Assembly: GCF_006345805.1 (NCBI RefSeq) | Contig: NC_043012.1 | Span: forward strand, 8,432,001 to 8,496,000 | Length of the DNA: 64,000 nucleotides | Origin: Octopus sinensis | Taxonomy: Eukaryota | Direction: 5' to 3' | Part shown: piece after piece, positions 13,084 to 26,689 of the stretch | How positions within the stretch are numbered: the first letter of the stretch is position 1 | How the letters are laid out: each line of letters opens with the position of its first letter | Notes under the pieces: model-generated | What the model was told of the DNA's origin: nothing | The model's input: the letters and a program-made list of their open reading frames with translations, nothing else | Databases searched by the model: none | Position numbers and translations under genes: made by a program

Positions 13084-13558
13084 TACTGCAAATCCTTGAG
13101 TATAATCCGCATTTTTTCCCCAAAATTTAATGGTCAAAATCCCTAGTGCGTACTACATACGAGGTTAAAAATGAAAATTATTTTCTAAGCAATGTCTGAG
13201 TCTCTATTTGCTGTCTGGCTATGTTTATTCAGACGCATTTTGTGATGTCGGGCACGAAAATATCTTAAGCTAAGCCTGAAAGCAATGAAGTCATAAAAGA
13301 ATCATCCATAACTTGCAGTAAGCATTTATTAAACATTATTACTGTTATTTCTTTATTTTTTGCAAACAAAATGCACAAAAAAGCTACACGTTTGCATTAT
13401 GTTATATATACAATAATAATAGAGGATGTTACCATATACATTTTTACAAACCAAGGATATCATATAGACCTCCTTGACTCAAGTTAGAGAAGGGGTGCCC
13501 CCTAAAAACCCCCTGTGTATTATACTCAAGGGCAGACTAGACTCGAGGATTTACGGTA
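13084..13558. mobile_element. MITE with ~21 bp TIRs (Tc1/mariner/pogo type)
   Basis: TACTGCAAATCCTTGAGTATA ... TAGACTCGAGGATTTACGGTA are imperfect inverted termini; no ORF. Confidence 0.75.
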
Positions 13559-13667
13559 CATACAATATATGTATGTGTGTGCATATATATTATATATATA
13601 AATATACTATATGTATGTATATGTGTGTGTATATATGTCTATATCTACTTATTTATCTATCTGTTTG

Positions 13668-13718
<51 letters not shown>

Positions 13719-15093
13719 CTATCTATCTATCTATCTATCTATCAGTCTGTCTGTCTGTCTGTCTATCTTTCTTTTCCTTTTTTTTTCCCTTTTACGATCC
13801 CTTTTGATCGAAAACCTACGCCACTTTTTTTGTTTCTTTTGTTTTTTGTTTTTTTTTCATCCCCCAAAAAGAAAAGCTCTACCTTGTAATTTGTCCCATC
13901 TGTGTGCAGCCCTGTGTGGTCAATAAAGAAACTTATCTATCTGTCTGTCTGTCTGTCTATGTACACTCATACAGGCTCGTACACACACAAACAAGATATG
14001 TAATCTATTTCAGAAGTGAGGTTACAAATACACACACACACACATGCACACACACACACATGCACACACACACACACATACTTGTTCTCACAGAGGAGAT
14101 TAAAATCTTTCTATGATACTGTGGTGTGTTGTTTACTAGGGCATGTGCAATCTAATAGACTGGTGCATGAACATAATGTGTGGTCCATTAGGCAATTTAC
14201 ACTATGGTATGTGATGTACCAGGATCCGTAAATAATATCACATGTGGTCTCTTTGGGTTATTTTACACTAAAAAGAATAAAAATGATAAAATTTATTATT
14301 GATTATCAAAAGCACACGGGTGGCTGTGTGATTAAGAAATTTACTTCTGAACTATATAGTTACAGGTTCAATCCTCCTGCATGGTACCTTTGGCAAGTGT
14401 CTTCTGCCTTAGCCTTGAAATGACAAAAACCGTATCTGGGTGGATTTCATAGCTGGAAACTGAAAAAATCCCATCAAGTGTGTGTGTGTGTGTGTTGACA
14501 TCATGTGATGGTTGTAAATGAGTGTCACTATCATACAAGAGGTGCTTCATTCATATTTGGTATTCTGCAAAATGTATGTCAGGTTATGGGGAAATATTAC
14601 CTTGCTTGGAAACATAAGGGTTGGTGACAGGAAGGGCATCCAGGTGTAGAAAATCTTCCTCAATAAACTCAGTCTGACCCATACAAACATGGAAAAGGGC
14701 AAGTTAAAACGATGATGATGATATAAATTAAACAAAGAAGTGTCTTCTACTATAGCCTTGGGTTGACCAAAGCCTTGTGACTGAATTTGGTAGATGGAAA
14801 CTGAAAGAAGCCTGTCGTATATATGTATATATATATATGTGTGTGTATATGTTTGTGTGTCTGTGTTTGTCCCCCCAACATAGCTCGACAACCGATGCTG
14901 GTGTGTTTACGTCCCCGTCACTTAGCAGTTCGGCAAAAGTGATCGATAGAATAAGTACTAGGCTTACAAAGAATAAGTCCTGGGGTTGCTCGACTAAAGG
15001 CAGTGCTCCAGCATGGCCACAGTCAAATGACTGAAACAAGTAAAAAAGTAAAAAGAGTAAAGATGTCAAATAAAAAATAATGATCGTTTATAA

Positions 15094-15620
15094 TACCGGG
15101 TGCGTAATGTATTTGAGGACATACCTTTTTTGGGACATTGCTGCAGTTTTTGTTAACTCTGTATAATCTTTGTTTCAGAAAATGATAATGGCAGACACTA
15201 AGTTTAGTCAAGAAATGAAGAGGGATGCTGTTATTGAAATTATGAAGGCTGAGCATAGTGATTTAGAAATATCTTGATTTTTAAAAGTTGTCAGATTTTT
15301 CATCTACAAAGTTTGTAAGGAGCTAGAAACTGAAGCGTATCACCAGTATCAAAGCATAAAAAGTATTCTAAACACTCTGAAATCATCAGAACACCTGAAT
15401 TTATCCAGCAAGTTCAACAGACCATTGATTACAATCCCAGAAAGTCCATTGCAAATGAGCTCCATGTGTCAGAAGGAACAGTCAGAAATGTTGTCTACGA
15501 AGACATCAGATATAAGTCTTATATGATGAGGAAAAGTCAATTTGTTAGAAAATGCAAAAGAAAATCACTACATCAGATCTAAAAGGCTCCCCAGCAGAAG
15601 ATTTCATCTGGTTTTTCTCA
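15094..15620 (+). mobile_element. Tc1/mariner-superfamily (maT-like) transposase remnant, 5' half
   Basis: Begins TACCGGGTG; remnants IIRTPEFIQQVQQTIDYNPRKS, IANELHVSEGTVRNVVYEDIRYKSY and IWFFS; stops and frameshifts. Confidence 0.7.
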
Positions 15621-15745
15621 AACTGGTACTTTATTTTAAATGCAAATTTGACCCCAGTTGAGTGTGAACTTGGAACATGGTAAATCAGAAGAAATGGCAC
15701 TTGGCATTTTGTCTAATGCTCTAACGAGCCTGCCAGCTTACCACC

Positions 15746-15795
<50 letters not shown>

Positions 15796-16051
15796 GATGA
15801 TGATATGATGATGATGATGATGATGATTTCGAATTTTGCCACAAGGGTAGCGATTTTGGGGGAGGCAATGAGTCGATTACATGGACCCCAGTGTTCAACT
15901 GGTACTTATTTTATTGAGCCTGAAAGAATGAAAGGCAAAGATGACCTCGGTGGAATTTGAACTCAGAATGTAGCGATGGGCAAAATACTGCTCAGCATTT
16001 TGTTCAGGGCACCAACGATTCTGCCAGCTTGCTGACTTAATAATAATAATG

Positions 16052-16095
<44 letters not shown>

Positions 16096-16097
<2 letters not shown>

Positions 16098-16637
16098 ATA
16101 CATACATACATACATACCGACAAAACTATAAAGCTAATAAACCGGATATTATTATAAAAGATCAGACAAAAAAGGTGTGTTTATTAATTGTCATGAGTAT
16201 TCCTTGCGATCACAATATAACGGCGAAAGAATTTGACAAGATTAGTAAATATAAACACTTGCTAATAGAAATTGAAAAAATGTGACATCTCAAGGTGACT
16301 ATAGTACCAGTGATTGTAGGATCTCTAGGAATGATAAAAAAAGGTACTGAAACCTATTTGAAAATGATTCCAGGCTTACCATTCCTACAGGAAGTGCAAA
16401 AAATTGTGTTAACTGGAACGACTCATGTACTGAGAAGAGCATTATCGCTGTGAAAACAACAGCCATTTATGAATTTATTTATTTATTCATTTTTTAAATA
16501 CATATTTTACCTGTGAATTTGCGTGTGTAATCTGGGAATGCATACAATGAGCTTCTCTGCCCTAGGTGTATGGAAAACACTCGGCAAGAGATGGAAGAAA
16601 ATTTGAAGAAAGAAGGGGAAAAAAATAATAATAATAA
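16096..16637 (+). mobile_element. 5'-truncated restriction-like-endonuclease non-LTR retrotransposon (R4/Dong-like)
   Basis: IHTDKTI/KANKPDIIIKDQTKKVCLLIVMSIPCDHN...KISKYKHL...VPVIVGSLG...VLRRALSL* is a PD-(D/E)xK RLE domain; one frameshift and one in-frame stop; (TAA)n on both flanks. Confidence 0.7.
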
Positions 16638-16645
16638 CAACAACA

Positions 16646-17006
16646 ACAAGAGCACACAGAGAGCACAAACCTCCACCAAGGCAACACCAACGATTCGCCA
16701 GAGATGATTTTTAAGATGAGAATATCTGAAATAAACTCGACTGTTCTCACAAAGGAGAATACTAAAAATGAAACCTGACTGCCCTTCAAATTTAAGTAAA
16801 AAAGAACAGGGTAAATAATCCAGAATTATTGTCCGGTGCCGGATCGATCCCAAAATCTAATCAGTTCGTGCCAGTCTTGAGGCCAAACATCCCTGAAAGT
16901 TTCATCCAAATCCATCCAGCGGTTCTTGAGATATCTTGTCCATAAACAAACAAACAAACAAACATGACTGAAAACAATACCTCCACCTTTGCTAAGGCGG
17001 AGGTAA
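16646..17006 (+). mobile_element. Helentron-associated (HINE/DINE-1/Pearl-like) element, copy 1
   Basis: Subterminal ACCTCCACC near the 5' end, AAAGTTTCATCCAAATCC, (AAAC)n and 3' stem-loop ACCTCC...GGCGGAGGTAA; second copy at 25683. Confidence 0.6.
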
Positions 17007-17530
17007 TAATAATAATAATAATAATAATGGTTTTAAATTTTGGTCAAAGGATAGCAAGCTTGGAGGAGCAGGTATGTCGCTTACATCAGCTCCAGTGATT
17101 AATTAATACTTATTTTACTGACCCCCCCGCCAAAGGATGAAATCATAGTTGACATTGGCGGAATTTGAACTCGGAATGTAAAGACAGACTAAGTACCATT
17201 AAGCATTTTGTTCAACATAATAATGGTCCTGCCCATTTTCTGCCTTGTAATCATCATCATCAACATCATTTAGCATCTGTTTTCCATGCTGGCATGGATA
17301 GGGCGGTTTGACTGGGGAGCTGCACTGGGCTCCCATCAGTTTTGGCTTGGTTTCTATGGTTGGACACCCTTTCTAATTCCAGCCTCTCCACAAGTCTGTA
17401 ATGGGTCAAGGACACTACTCTTCACCCATTTTTTTTCTTGCTGAGTTTGGAGGTGGGAACAGAACTGTTGACCCTTTACAGGAACTTCTAAGACTGGTGA
17501 GTTTGATGCCAATAATATTGGCAGAATCGT

Positions 17531-17790
17531 TCATCATCATCATTGTTCGACCGTGGTCAAGACAATGGAATTTACCATGCTATGCCAGATTTCACGGTCC
17601 ATCATAGCATTACGGAGGTCCTGTTGCTGGATGCCTGTATCCCTGGAGATTACATCAGGGTAGGAGAGTGTGCGCCCTCTGTTATCGCGAGTAGATGACT
17701 TCCAGAGGAGAAGAGGAGAAATTGCCTTGTTTTCAGCTCTACAACAATGTCCAGCAAACTGAACTCTCCTACCTTTCACAAGACAGAATC
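17531..17790 (-). mobile_element. RTE-group LINE 3' fragment
   Basis: GRRVQFAGHCCR...LLLWK...RGRTLSYPDVISRDTG...MMDREIW matches an RTE ORF C-terminus; (ATG)n tail. Confidence 0.75.
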
Positions 17791-18430
17791 ATTACCATGA
17801 CAGGCGAAATGCTTAGTGGTACTTCATCTGCTATTACGTTCTGAATTCAAATGCCGCCGAGGTCGACTTTGCCTTTCGTCCTTTCGGGGTTGATTAAATA
17901 AGTACCAGTTACGCACTGGGGTCGATGTAATTGACTTACTCTATGTTTAGCCCCCTGTGGGCAATAAAATAAATATTGTGAGTAAAGTGTTGCCAGTCAA
18001 TGGGATGAAGTTAGGGCTATAATGTTTTGGGAAAGGAGGAATTTAGATAGAAGAGTTAGGATGAATGACTGAAAGCTAAAAAAAAAAAGAAAAACCAAAC
18101 AAATATAATTGAATAAAAGATATATTGAAAATCCTACTCCAGTAGAAGAACTGTCATGACCTTTCGTACCCTCTGGAGTCGGTATCAATACAAGTTATGT
18201 ACTGGTGGCTAAATCAACCTTCTACAATGGAGAGTTATACAGATCATGTTACCATAACGATGACATGACAAACACGACCACTACTGCTTCTTCTTCTTCT
18301 TTTTCTTCTTCTTCTTCTTCTGCTGCTGCTGCTGCTGCTATTACAACCACCACCACCACCACCACCACCACCACTACCACTACCACTACTACTACTACTA
18401 CCACCACCACCACCACCACCACCACCACCC

Positions 18431-18965
18431 CCACTACTACTAGACAGTATCCTTATACATGTTGCTGAAATTCAGCCGACACAGTCATGGTCTATTTGTT
18501 TCGGATTCCCAGACTGTGTCAGTTTTTTAAATGCAATTTCCTATGACTTTGTGATACCAGTATAGCAACTGACAGGTTTGCAGGTCTGGTTGATTGTGGC
18601 TGATCTAAGCTATAATAATAGCAACATCACTAACCACACTTGGTTGTGTCTGATGAACCACTACCACCACCACCACCACCACCACACCACCACCACCACC
18701 CCCACTACTACTAGACAGTATCCTTATACATGTTGCTGAAATTCAGCCGACACAGTCATGGTCTATTTGTTTCGGATTCCCAGACTGTGTCAGTTTTTTA
18801 AATGCAATTTCCTATGACTTTGTGATACCAGTATAGCAACTGACAGGTTTGCAGGTCTGGTTGATTGTGGCTGATCTAAGCCTATAATAATAGCAACATC
18901 ACTAACCACACTTGGTTGTGTCTGATGAACCACTACCACCACCACCACCACCACCACCACCACCA
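18431..18965 (+). repeat. Direct tandem duplication, 271 bp period, bounded by (CCA)n
   Basis: CCACTACTACTAGACAGTATCC at 18431 and 18702; the copies are nearly identical. Confidence 0.9.
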
Positions 18966-19084
18966 CCACCATCATCATCATTATCATCATCATCGTTATC
19001 ATCATCAACAATAACAAAATCTCATTCAGGCTTCTTAGTCTGGTTTGACCTGGGGCCAAACAACAACACCCAATGCCACATAAA

Positions 19085-19333
19085 GTGGAGGCGCGTGGCT
19101 TAGTGGTTAGGGTGTCAGCAACATGATCGTAAGACTGTGGTTTCGATTCCTGGACCGGGCGACGCGTTGTGTTCTTGAGCAAAACACTTCATTTTTCACG
19201 TCGCTCCAGTCCACTCAGCTGGCAAAAATGAGTAATCCTGCGACGGACCAGCGTCCCGTCCAAGTGGGGAATTTCTACGCCACTGAAACCGGGAAACCGG
19301 CCCTTATGAGACTGGCATGGCTCGAGAAGGGAC
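19085..19333 (+). mobile_element. SINE family B (tRNA-derived head GTGGAGGCGC..TGGCnnAGTGGTTAG..GGTTTCGATTCC)
   Basis: Pol III A/B-box-like motifs. Related copies at ~2918, 33512, 63856 (+) and ~20545, 22700, 44640, 62420 (-). Confidence 0.8.
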
Positions 19334-19576
19334 ATTTATAATGCCACATAAAAGCACTTGTACTGGTGCCACATTAAAAGCATCCCAATACACTTTGTAA
19401 AGTGGTTGGTGTTAGAAAGGGCATTCAACCATAGAAACCATAGCAAAGGAAACTAAATGGAACCTGGGCAGCCCTTCAGCTGGTCAGCTTCTGTCAAACC
19501 ATCTAACCCATGCCAACATGGAGAACGAATGTTAAATGATGATGATGATATATATATATATATAATATATATATAT

Positions 19577-19678
<102 letters not shown>

Positions 19679-20208
19679 CGCAGGCATGTGTGTGTACATA
19701 TACATCATCATCATCATTTAATGTTCATTTTCCATGTTGGCAATAGGTTGATATATATATATATATATATATAGGTCGTCATCAACTTATGACCACAATT
19801 GGCTCCAACTGACCAGTTATAATCTGATTTGGTCATAAGTCGGCCTGGCCTACATAGCTTTGTTTTATATTTTTCCATTCTTAAGGTACATTCTCAGGTA
19901 AAAGTTACACTCACCATTCTGTATTATACTACAACAGTATTCTTTGTTCATAGAAAAGTACCAAAGAATGCAAAAGCAAGAAATACACAGTGTAGTTGCA
20001 AAACTTACATAAAAAATTTATGGTAGACTGGTGCTTGGCAGTAGATCTTCGATTTCGTTTGTTAGCTGATGTCATCCATAGATGGGTTAATTTCTAAGAA
20101 ATTAAACCCATTAGATTTCAACTGGACTATTTATTATTGCTGCCAGGTGCTGGCTTGCCAATCATCATGAAGTTGATCAATTGTAAGTCGGATAGGTCAT
20201 AAGTCGAC

Positions 20209-20267
<59 letters not shown>

Positions 20268-20268
<1 letters not shown>

Positions 20269-20478
20269 TGTGTACAGTGCTCAGGTGCACTACAACTCAT
20301 CTAAAGTCTATATATAATCAGGTGTAGTTTCGGCGGATTTCGGAAAGCATGAGGGCCTTAAAGGATGCAGTGTCATGGCAGTCAACAACTGACGCAGGCA
20401 GTTTATTCCATGCTTCAGCAACTCTGAGCGTGAAAAAATGTTTCCGAAAGTCATGGGAGCTGTGTTGTTTTCTGACGG
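20268..20478 (-). mobile_element. Shorter copy of the same CR1-group LINE 3' end
   Basis: Clear nucleotide similarity to 4098-4400; long (ATT)n tail at ~20209-20267. Confidence 0.7.
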
Positions 20479-20786
20479 ATGGTGCTTTTACGTGCCACCA
20501 ACACGGGGCCAGACATATTATATTTATATATTAAAAAAAAAAAATGCATCCTTTTAAAGCCTAGCCAGGCTCACGGGCCCGGTTTCCCGGTTTCTATGTT
20601 CCCTAGCTGGACTCATTTTTGCCAGCTGAGTGGACTGGAGCAACGTGAAATGAAGAGTTTTGCTCAAGAACACAACGCATCACCCGGTCCAGGAATTGAA
20701 ACCACAATCTTACGATCATGGTGCTGACACCCTAACCACTAAGCCATGTGCCTCCACTTATTTATATATTAGTATATTTATATATA

Positions 20787-21620
20787 TGTGAGGTGGTAAC
20801 AAGAAGGTTCCCTCACTAGTTCTGTAGTGCACCAAAAGATGGCAGCACACAGTTGTGTGCACAGTGATAATTAGCAGTGACCTTCATGATGCTGTGTACT
20901 GAGTGACAGTGCAAGTTGTGAAATTTGTGTTTTTGTGATCATGTGTTTGCTGGAAGTCTGTGATTTTGTCATGGACAGGAACAAAGAGCCATTGTGAAAT
21001 TTTGTTAAACTTGGGAAGTCTGCTACAGAGACATTGAGCATGCTTTGGCAAGCTTATGGCAATGAGGCATTGGGTTGTACACAATGTTTAGAGTGGCACA
21101 GGTGCCTCAAAATTGGAAGAATGTCCTTGGAAGATGATGAGTGGTCTGGAAGACCTGCCACGTGCATCATCCCCAGAAATGTGGCATTGTGCATCAAGAA
21201 TTCGGCCCCCAGGGCCAGACCGACAATCAAGAGTTCTACTGCAACATTTTGAAGTGTTTTAGGGAGGACATTCGGTGAAAGCGACTGGATCTGTGGAATT
21301 GGAAGAATTGGATTCTTCACCGAGTTCTCCTCACTTGGGAGTTTCTCACCAAAAACAACATGGTATCACTAGATTTAGCACCTGTGGATTTCTATCTCTT
21401 CCCCAAGATGAAAATGCGGCTCAAAGATCATGGTTTTATTGCCATTGTTGAGGTCCAGAGCAAATTGCAGAAGGTCCTTGAGTTGCTTACAGAAAAGGAC
21501 TTCCAGGCTGGATTCCAAAAGTGTCAGGAATGTTGGGGTTGGTGTATTGCTGTGCAAGGTGACTATTTCAAAAGAGATAATGTCAAAACTTAGGTAAATA
21601 AGTTATTTTTTATTAAACAT
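20787..21620 (+). mobile_element. Internally deleted mariner transposon remnant
   Basis: HTH VKLGKSATETLSMLWQAYGNEALGCTQCLEWH...SLEDDEWSGRP; catalytic remnants HQEFGPQGQT, DLAPVDFYLFPKMK and QGDYF; TIR-like left end after TA; SINE inserted at the right end. Confidence 0.85.
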
Positions 21621-21702
21621 AACAAGTGTCTTCTACTATAGCCTCGGGCTGACCAAAGCCTTGTGAGTGGATTTGGTAGACGGAAACTGAAAGAAGCCCG
21701 TC

Positions 21703-21748
<46 letters not shown>

Positions 21749-22082
21749 GTGTGTGTATATGTGTGTGTATATGTGTGTGTATATGTTTGTGTGTCTGTGT
21801 TTGTTCCCACAACATCACTTGACAACTGATGCTGGTGTGTTTATGTCCCTGTAAGTTAGCAGTTCGGCCAAAGAGACTGATAGAATAAGCACTAGGCTTA
21901 CAAAGAATAAGTCCTGGGGTCGACTTACTCGACTAAAAGACGGTACTTCAGCATGGCCACAGTCAAATGACTGAAACAAGTAAAAGAGAAAAGATGGTTT
22001 TTTATGCACTAAGCCACTTGGTGTTAAATGGATGTACTATTAAATTAGTATCCAATTTTCTCACCCTTATTAGTTGATTGTA

Positions 22083-22118
<36 letters not shown>

Positions 22119-23257
22119 TGTATGTATATGGATGGATGGATTGATATATAACTACATGGATAAATAAATAGACAGATATATAGGTGGATGGAACACAGAA
22201 CCTCAGATTATGGAAAAGACTCAAAGCAGGCGAGCAGAGCCTTGCATTAATAGTAATATTACAAAATTTACTGAGTACATGTGCTGGAGTCCTTCACATA
22301 CTGGTATTTTAATGTCAAATATCTCTATATATAGATATCTTAGTTACTGTAGTCTCTGAGAACAATAGATACTTTGTGTTGACAGTAGTTAAACTGTGTC
22401 GCTATATTTAAAAGAAAGACGCAAGAAAAAACAAAATAAAAAATAATGTGACTATCGTACTTTGTTTTTTTTTCGTCTTAAATTTCTCAAGACATCTGAG
22501 TGGTTGGCAGGGTTTATTTTCTGCTCTGGTAGTTTGTTGTCATCGGCTGTATATTCTTTATCCTCTCTTCTTGTGCCGTGCCAACAGACGTTACTGATTT
22601 GCATGCCACTCTCTCTCATATATAACTTAGACTTATATCATCATCATCATCATCATCATCATCACCAAATGATGGAGAGAAGCTCAGGACAGGCTCAGGG
22701 GCAGGGGTAAAGGTAAAGTTACCTTCTCCAGTTGTGCCCACTCATAAGGGCCACTTACCTAGTTTCTATAGTGTATAGATTCCCTACCTGGACGGGATGC
22801 TTATTTGTTGCAGGATTGCTCGTTTTTGCCAGCTGAAACTAAGTGTTTTGCTCAAGAGCACATGTCGCCCGGTCCAGGAATCGAAACCAAAATCTTATGA
22901 TCATAAGTCCAACACCCTAACCACTAAGCCACGTGCCTCCAGGGGTTGCAGTTACTGTTTTATAAAATCTGATTTTGGGGGATTGCTGTATCAGTTGTTG
23001 AACCTCTTTGTAACCATATTTTTTTGGGAAGGTACTCTGTTTTTGTTTCAATTAATGTTGAAAATAATAAGGAAATCAGCAAAATATACTTTGTCTTATC
23101 AATCTTGTGTCTAGAAAAGAAATCAACATGAAACTTTGATGAAAGGTTTCAATTTAGATCACTTTAACCTCTTTGTTACCATATATCTCCTCAACTACAT
23201 TGCTTTGTTTCAATTAATTTTGAATAACAAAGGATTTTGTAAAATAATCTTGTCATA

Positions 23258-23663
23258 GGCGCAGGAGTGGCTGTGTGTTAAGTAGCTTGCTTACCAACCA
23301 CATGGTTCTGGGTTCAGTCCCACTGTGTGGCACCGTGGGCAAGTGTCTTCTACTCTAGCCTCGGGCCAACCAAAGCCTTGTGAGTGGATTTGGTAGATGG
23401 AAACTGAAAGAAGCCCGTCGTATATATGTGTATATATGTGTGTGTATATGTTTGTGTGTCTGTGTTTTGTCCCCCCAACATCACTTGACAACCGATGCTG
23501 GTGTGTTTACGTCTCCGTAACTTAGCTGTTTTGCAAAAGAGACCTGATAGAATAAGTATTAGGCTTACAAAGAATAAATCCTGGGGTTGACTTGCTCGAC
23601 TAAAGGCGGTGCTCCAGCATGGCCACAGTCAAATGACTGAAACAAGTAAAAGAGTGAAAGAGA
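23258..23663 (+). mobile_element. SINE family A, full-length
   Basis: GGCGCAGGAGTGGCTGTGTG head through GACTGAAACAAGTAAAAGAG tail. Confidence 0.9.
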
Positions 23664-25344
23664 GAGTATACTTAAGCTGGTGTTAATAATATAAATCAAC
23701 ATGTAATTTTAAAGGAAGATTTTAACACAGCTCACTCAAAGCAGAAAGCTTCTGTCATAAACCCAGGGGTGGCCTCATATAGGTTTTTAGCAAAAGGGTT
23801 AATCTTTTTGCTGTCATATTTCTGATGCGATACACTGCCTTGTTTCAATATTCTTTGAGAAAAACGAAGAATTTAGTCATATAACTTTGTCATTATTGGA
23901 ATGTGAATTAACATGAAATTTTAATGGAAGGTTGCAATTTTGTTACTTTAAAACAGGAAGCTTTAATCATAGAAGCAGGGATGGTCTCTGCTGGCTTGGT
24001 ATCAAGAAGGTTAAGCTTGAGGAAGAAATGTTTGGAAAAATTTAGATGTCATGTTATTCATGGGTGAAAAGAAATTCTTTGGAGAGCTGAACAGTAGCAG
24101 GTCTTCAGAGAAGCCCATTTGTGCAAGTGCTTTGACACTCAACTCCTTTTACTCTGATGCCGGCAATGTCCTGCTTTTCTTTTTCTTCCTTTGAGCCATG
24201 GGAGGGTGGAGTTCCTCCGCTTTGTCCAGCAGATCCTCCCTCCCTTCCGCAGCCTTTGGATCCTTCGGTGGGCAACATTAAGCAAAATAAGTATTCTTTC
24301 TTGTCTTGAGGTTCACAGCCAAACGGCTGGGTAGATTCACGGGGAAAATGGCACACATGTGGAGACGGGTGCATACATTGGAATGCGGTTTGTATTTTTT
24401 TTCCTAGCCCTCATACTTACCAAGAAAACCGATTAAAACTTTTTCTAATGGAATTCCCCTGTTTGTTCCACCATTAAAACAACCAGATGCTCACACAGCC
24501 GGCATATACCATTTCGCTAGCAACAAGGGGAGTACAGGATGACAGTCAGCCAAAAGTTTCGCTATGTTGTCTCTCTTCTTCTCTCTCACATACACATGTG
24601 CAAGCACGCATGAATGCAAACACACACACACACACACATACACACGTCCATTTCATATATCTTCTTTCAATTTTTGCTCTCTGCAAATTGAATTTTTTTA
24701 CAGATACAACTGCTTCCAAAAATAGGGATTAGCATATAATTTCTTTCTATGTTCATAATTAAATCAATGTTTTAATGATTTCACAGAGGTCCAATACAAT
24801 AGTTCTTAGAAACAGACTACGTACAAATATGTCAATCATCACAACACACACCTTCACATCATCCAAACAGACCGGGTGAAACTGGGCTTAGCTGCTAGTA
24901 TATATATGTATATATATATATATCTGTGTGTGTATCTTTGTGTCTGTCTTTGTCCCTACATCACCGCTTAACAACCAGTGCTGGTGTGTTTACATCTCTG
25001 TGACTTAGTGATTTGGCAAAAGGGATTCATAGAATAAGCACCAGGCTTAAAAATAAATAAATGAGTATTGGAGTCAACTCATTTGACTGAAAAGTTTCCA
25101 AGGCGGTGCCCCAGCATGTCTACGGTCTGATGACTGAAACAAGTATAAAAGAAATTAGCAAAGAATCTTTCCCAGGAGTGGCTTGCTTACCAACCACATG
25201 GTTCCGGGTTCAGTCCCACTGCATGGCACCTTGGGCAAGTGTCTTCTACAATAGCCTGGGCCAACCAAGGCCTTGTGAGTGGATTTGGTAGACGGAAACT
25301 GAAAGAAGCCCGTCGTTTGTATATATATATATATTATATATATA

Positions 25345-25391
<47 letters not shown>

Positions 25392-25682
25392 ATATATATA
25401 TATTTATATGTTATATATGTTTGTGTGTCTGTGTTTGTCCCCCCAACATCGCTTGACAACCAATGCTGGTGTGTTTACGTCCCCGTAACTTAGCGGTTCG
25501 GCAAGAGAGACTGATAGAATAAGTGCTAGGCTTACAAAGAATAAGTCCTGGGGTCGATTTGCTTGACTAAAGGTGGTGCTCCAGCATGGCCACAGTCAAA
25601 TGACTGAAACAAATAAAAGAATAGAAAAAAGAAAAACTGCTGTAATGATTTTGTCAACGGTAAGCTGGCAGAATCATAATTA

Positions 25683-26149
25683 ACAAGAGCACACACAGAG
25701 CACAAACCTCCACCAAGGCAACACCAATGTCCTCTCAACGATTAGCCAGAGATGATTTATAAAATTAGAATATCTGAAATAAACTCGACTGCTCACACAA
25801 ATGAGAGAATGCAACTGCTCTCAAAAAAAATTATGTAAAAAAAAAACTGGAAAAATAATCCAGAATCCTTGTCCGGTACAGGATCAATCCTGAAATCTAA
25901 TAAGTTTGTGCCAGTCACAAGGCCAAACAACCCTGGAAGTTTCATGTGAATCCATCCGACAGTTCTTGAGATATCTTGTCCAAAGACAAACGAGTTGCTG
26001 TGTGGTAAGTAGCTTGCTTACCAACCACATGGTTCCGGGTTCAGTCCCACTGCGTGGCACCTTGGGCAAGTGTCTTCTACTATAGTCTTGGGCCGACCAA
26101 AGCCTTGTGAGTGGATTTGGTAGATGGAAACTGAAAGAAGCCCGTCGTA

Positions 26150-26180
<31 letters not shown>

Positions 26181-26475
26181 GTTATATATGTTTGTGTGTC
26201 TGTGTTTGTCCCCCTAGCATTGCTTGACAACCGATGCTGGTGTGTTTATGTACCTGTCACTTAGCGGTTCGGCAAAAGAGACCTGATAAAATAAGTACTG
26301 GGCTTACAAAGAATAAGTCCCGGGGTCGAGTTGCTCGACTAAAGGCGGTGCTCCAGCATGGCCGCAGTCAAATGACTGAAACAAGTAAAAGAGTAAAAGA
26401 GTAAAGAGTAAATAAACAAACAAACAAACACGACTGAAAACAATACCTCCGCCTTGGCAAAGGCGAAGGTAATAA
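25683..26475 (+). mobile_element. HINE-like element, copy 2, interrupted by a SINE
   Basis: Collinear with 16646-17006; SINE inserted at ~25992-26412 inside the (AAAC)n tract. Confidence 0.65.
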
Positions 26476-26689
26476 AGCTTCTTCACGTGTGAATTGAGGG
26501 AGATTTGGTTACTCGTTCTGAAAGACAGAGGAACCCCTTTCTAACATCGTTAAAAAGGAAGATAATGTTCATAGAAGAGAGAAACCTTTCTAAAAAGGGG
26601 GAGCACATTTCTATCATTTCAAAAAATAGGATTTTACAAACATAAGAACTGACAGACGTTGTGTTGTGTCTGTGTTGATAAGGAGATCA

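Noticed and set aside
24105-24374. 89 aa minus-strand ORF in a GC-richer unique patch
   Set aside because: No recognisable motif in any frame and no splice context; possibly a decayed mobile element.
24421-24516. Possible 96 nt cassette (poison) exon in the long ankyrin intron (acceptor cttgttgctAG, donor TTG|GTAAGT)
   Set aside because: It has an in-frame stop, and such site pairs arise by chance in a 20 kb intron; no other support.
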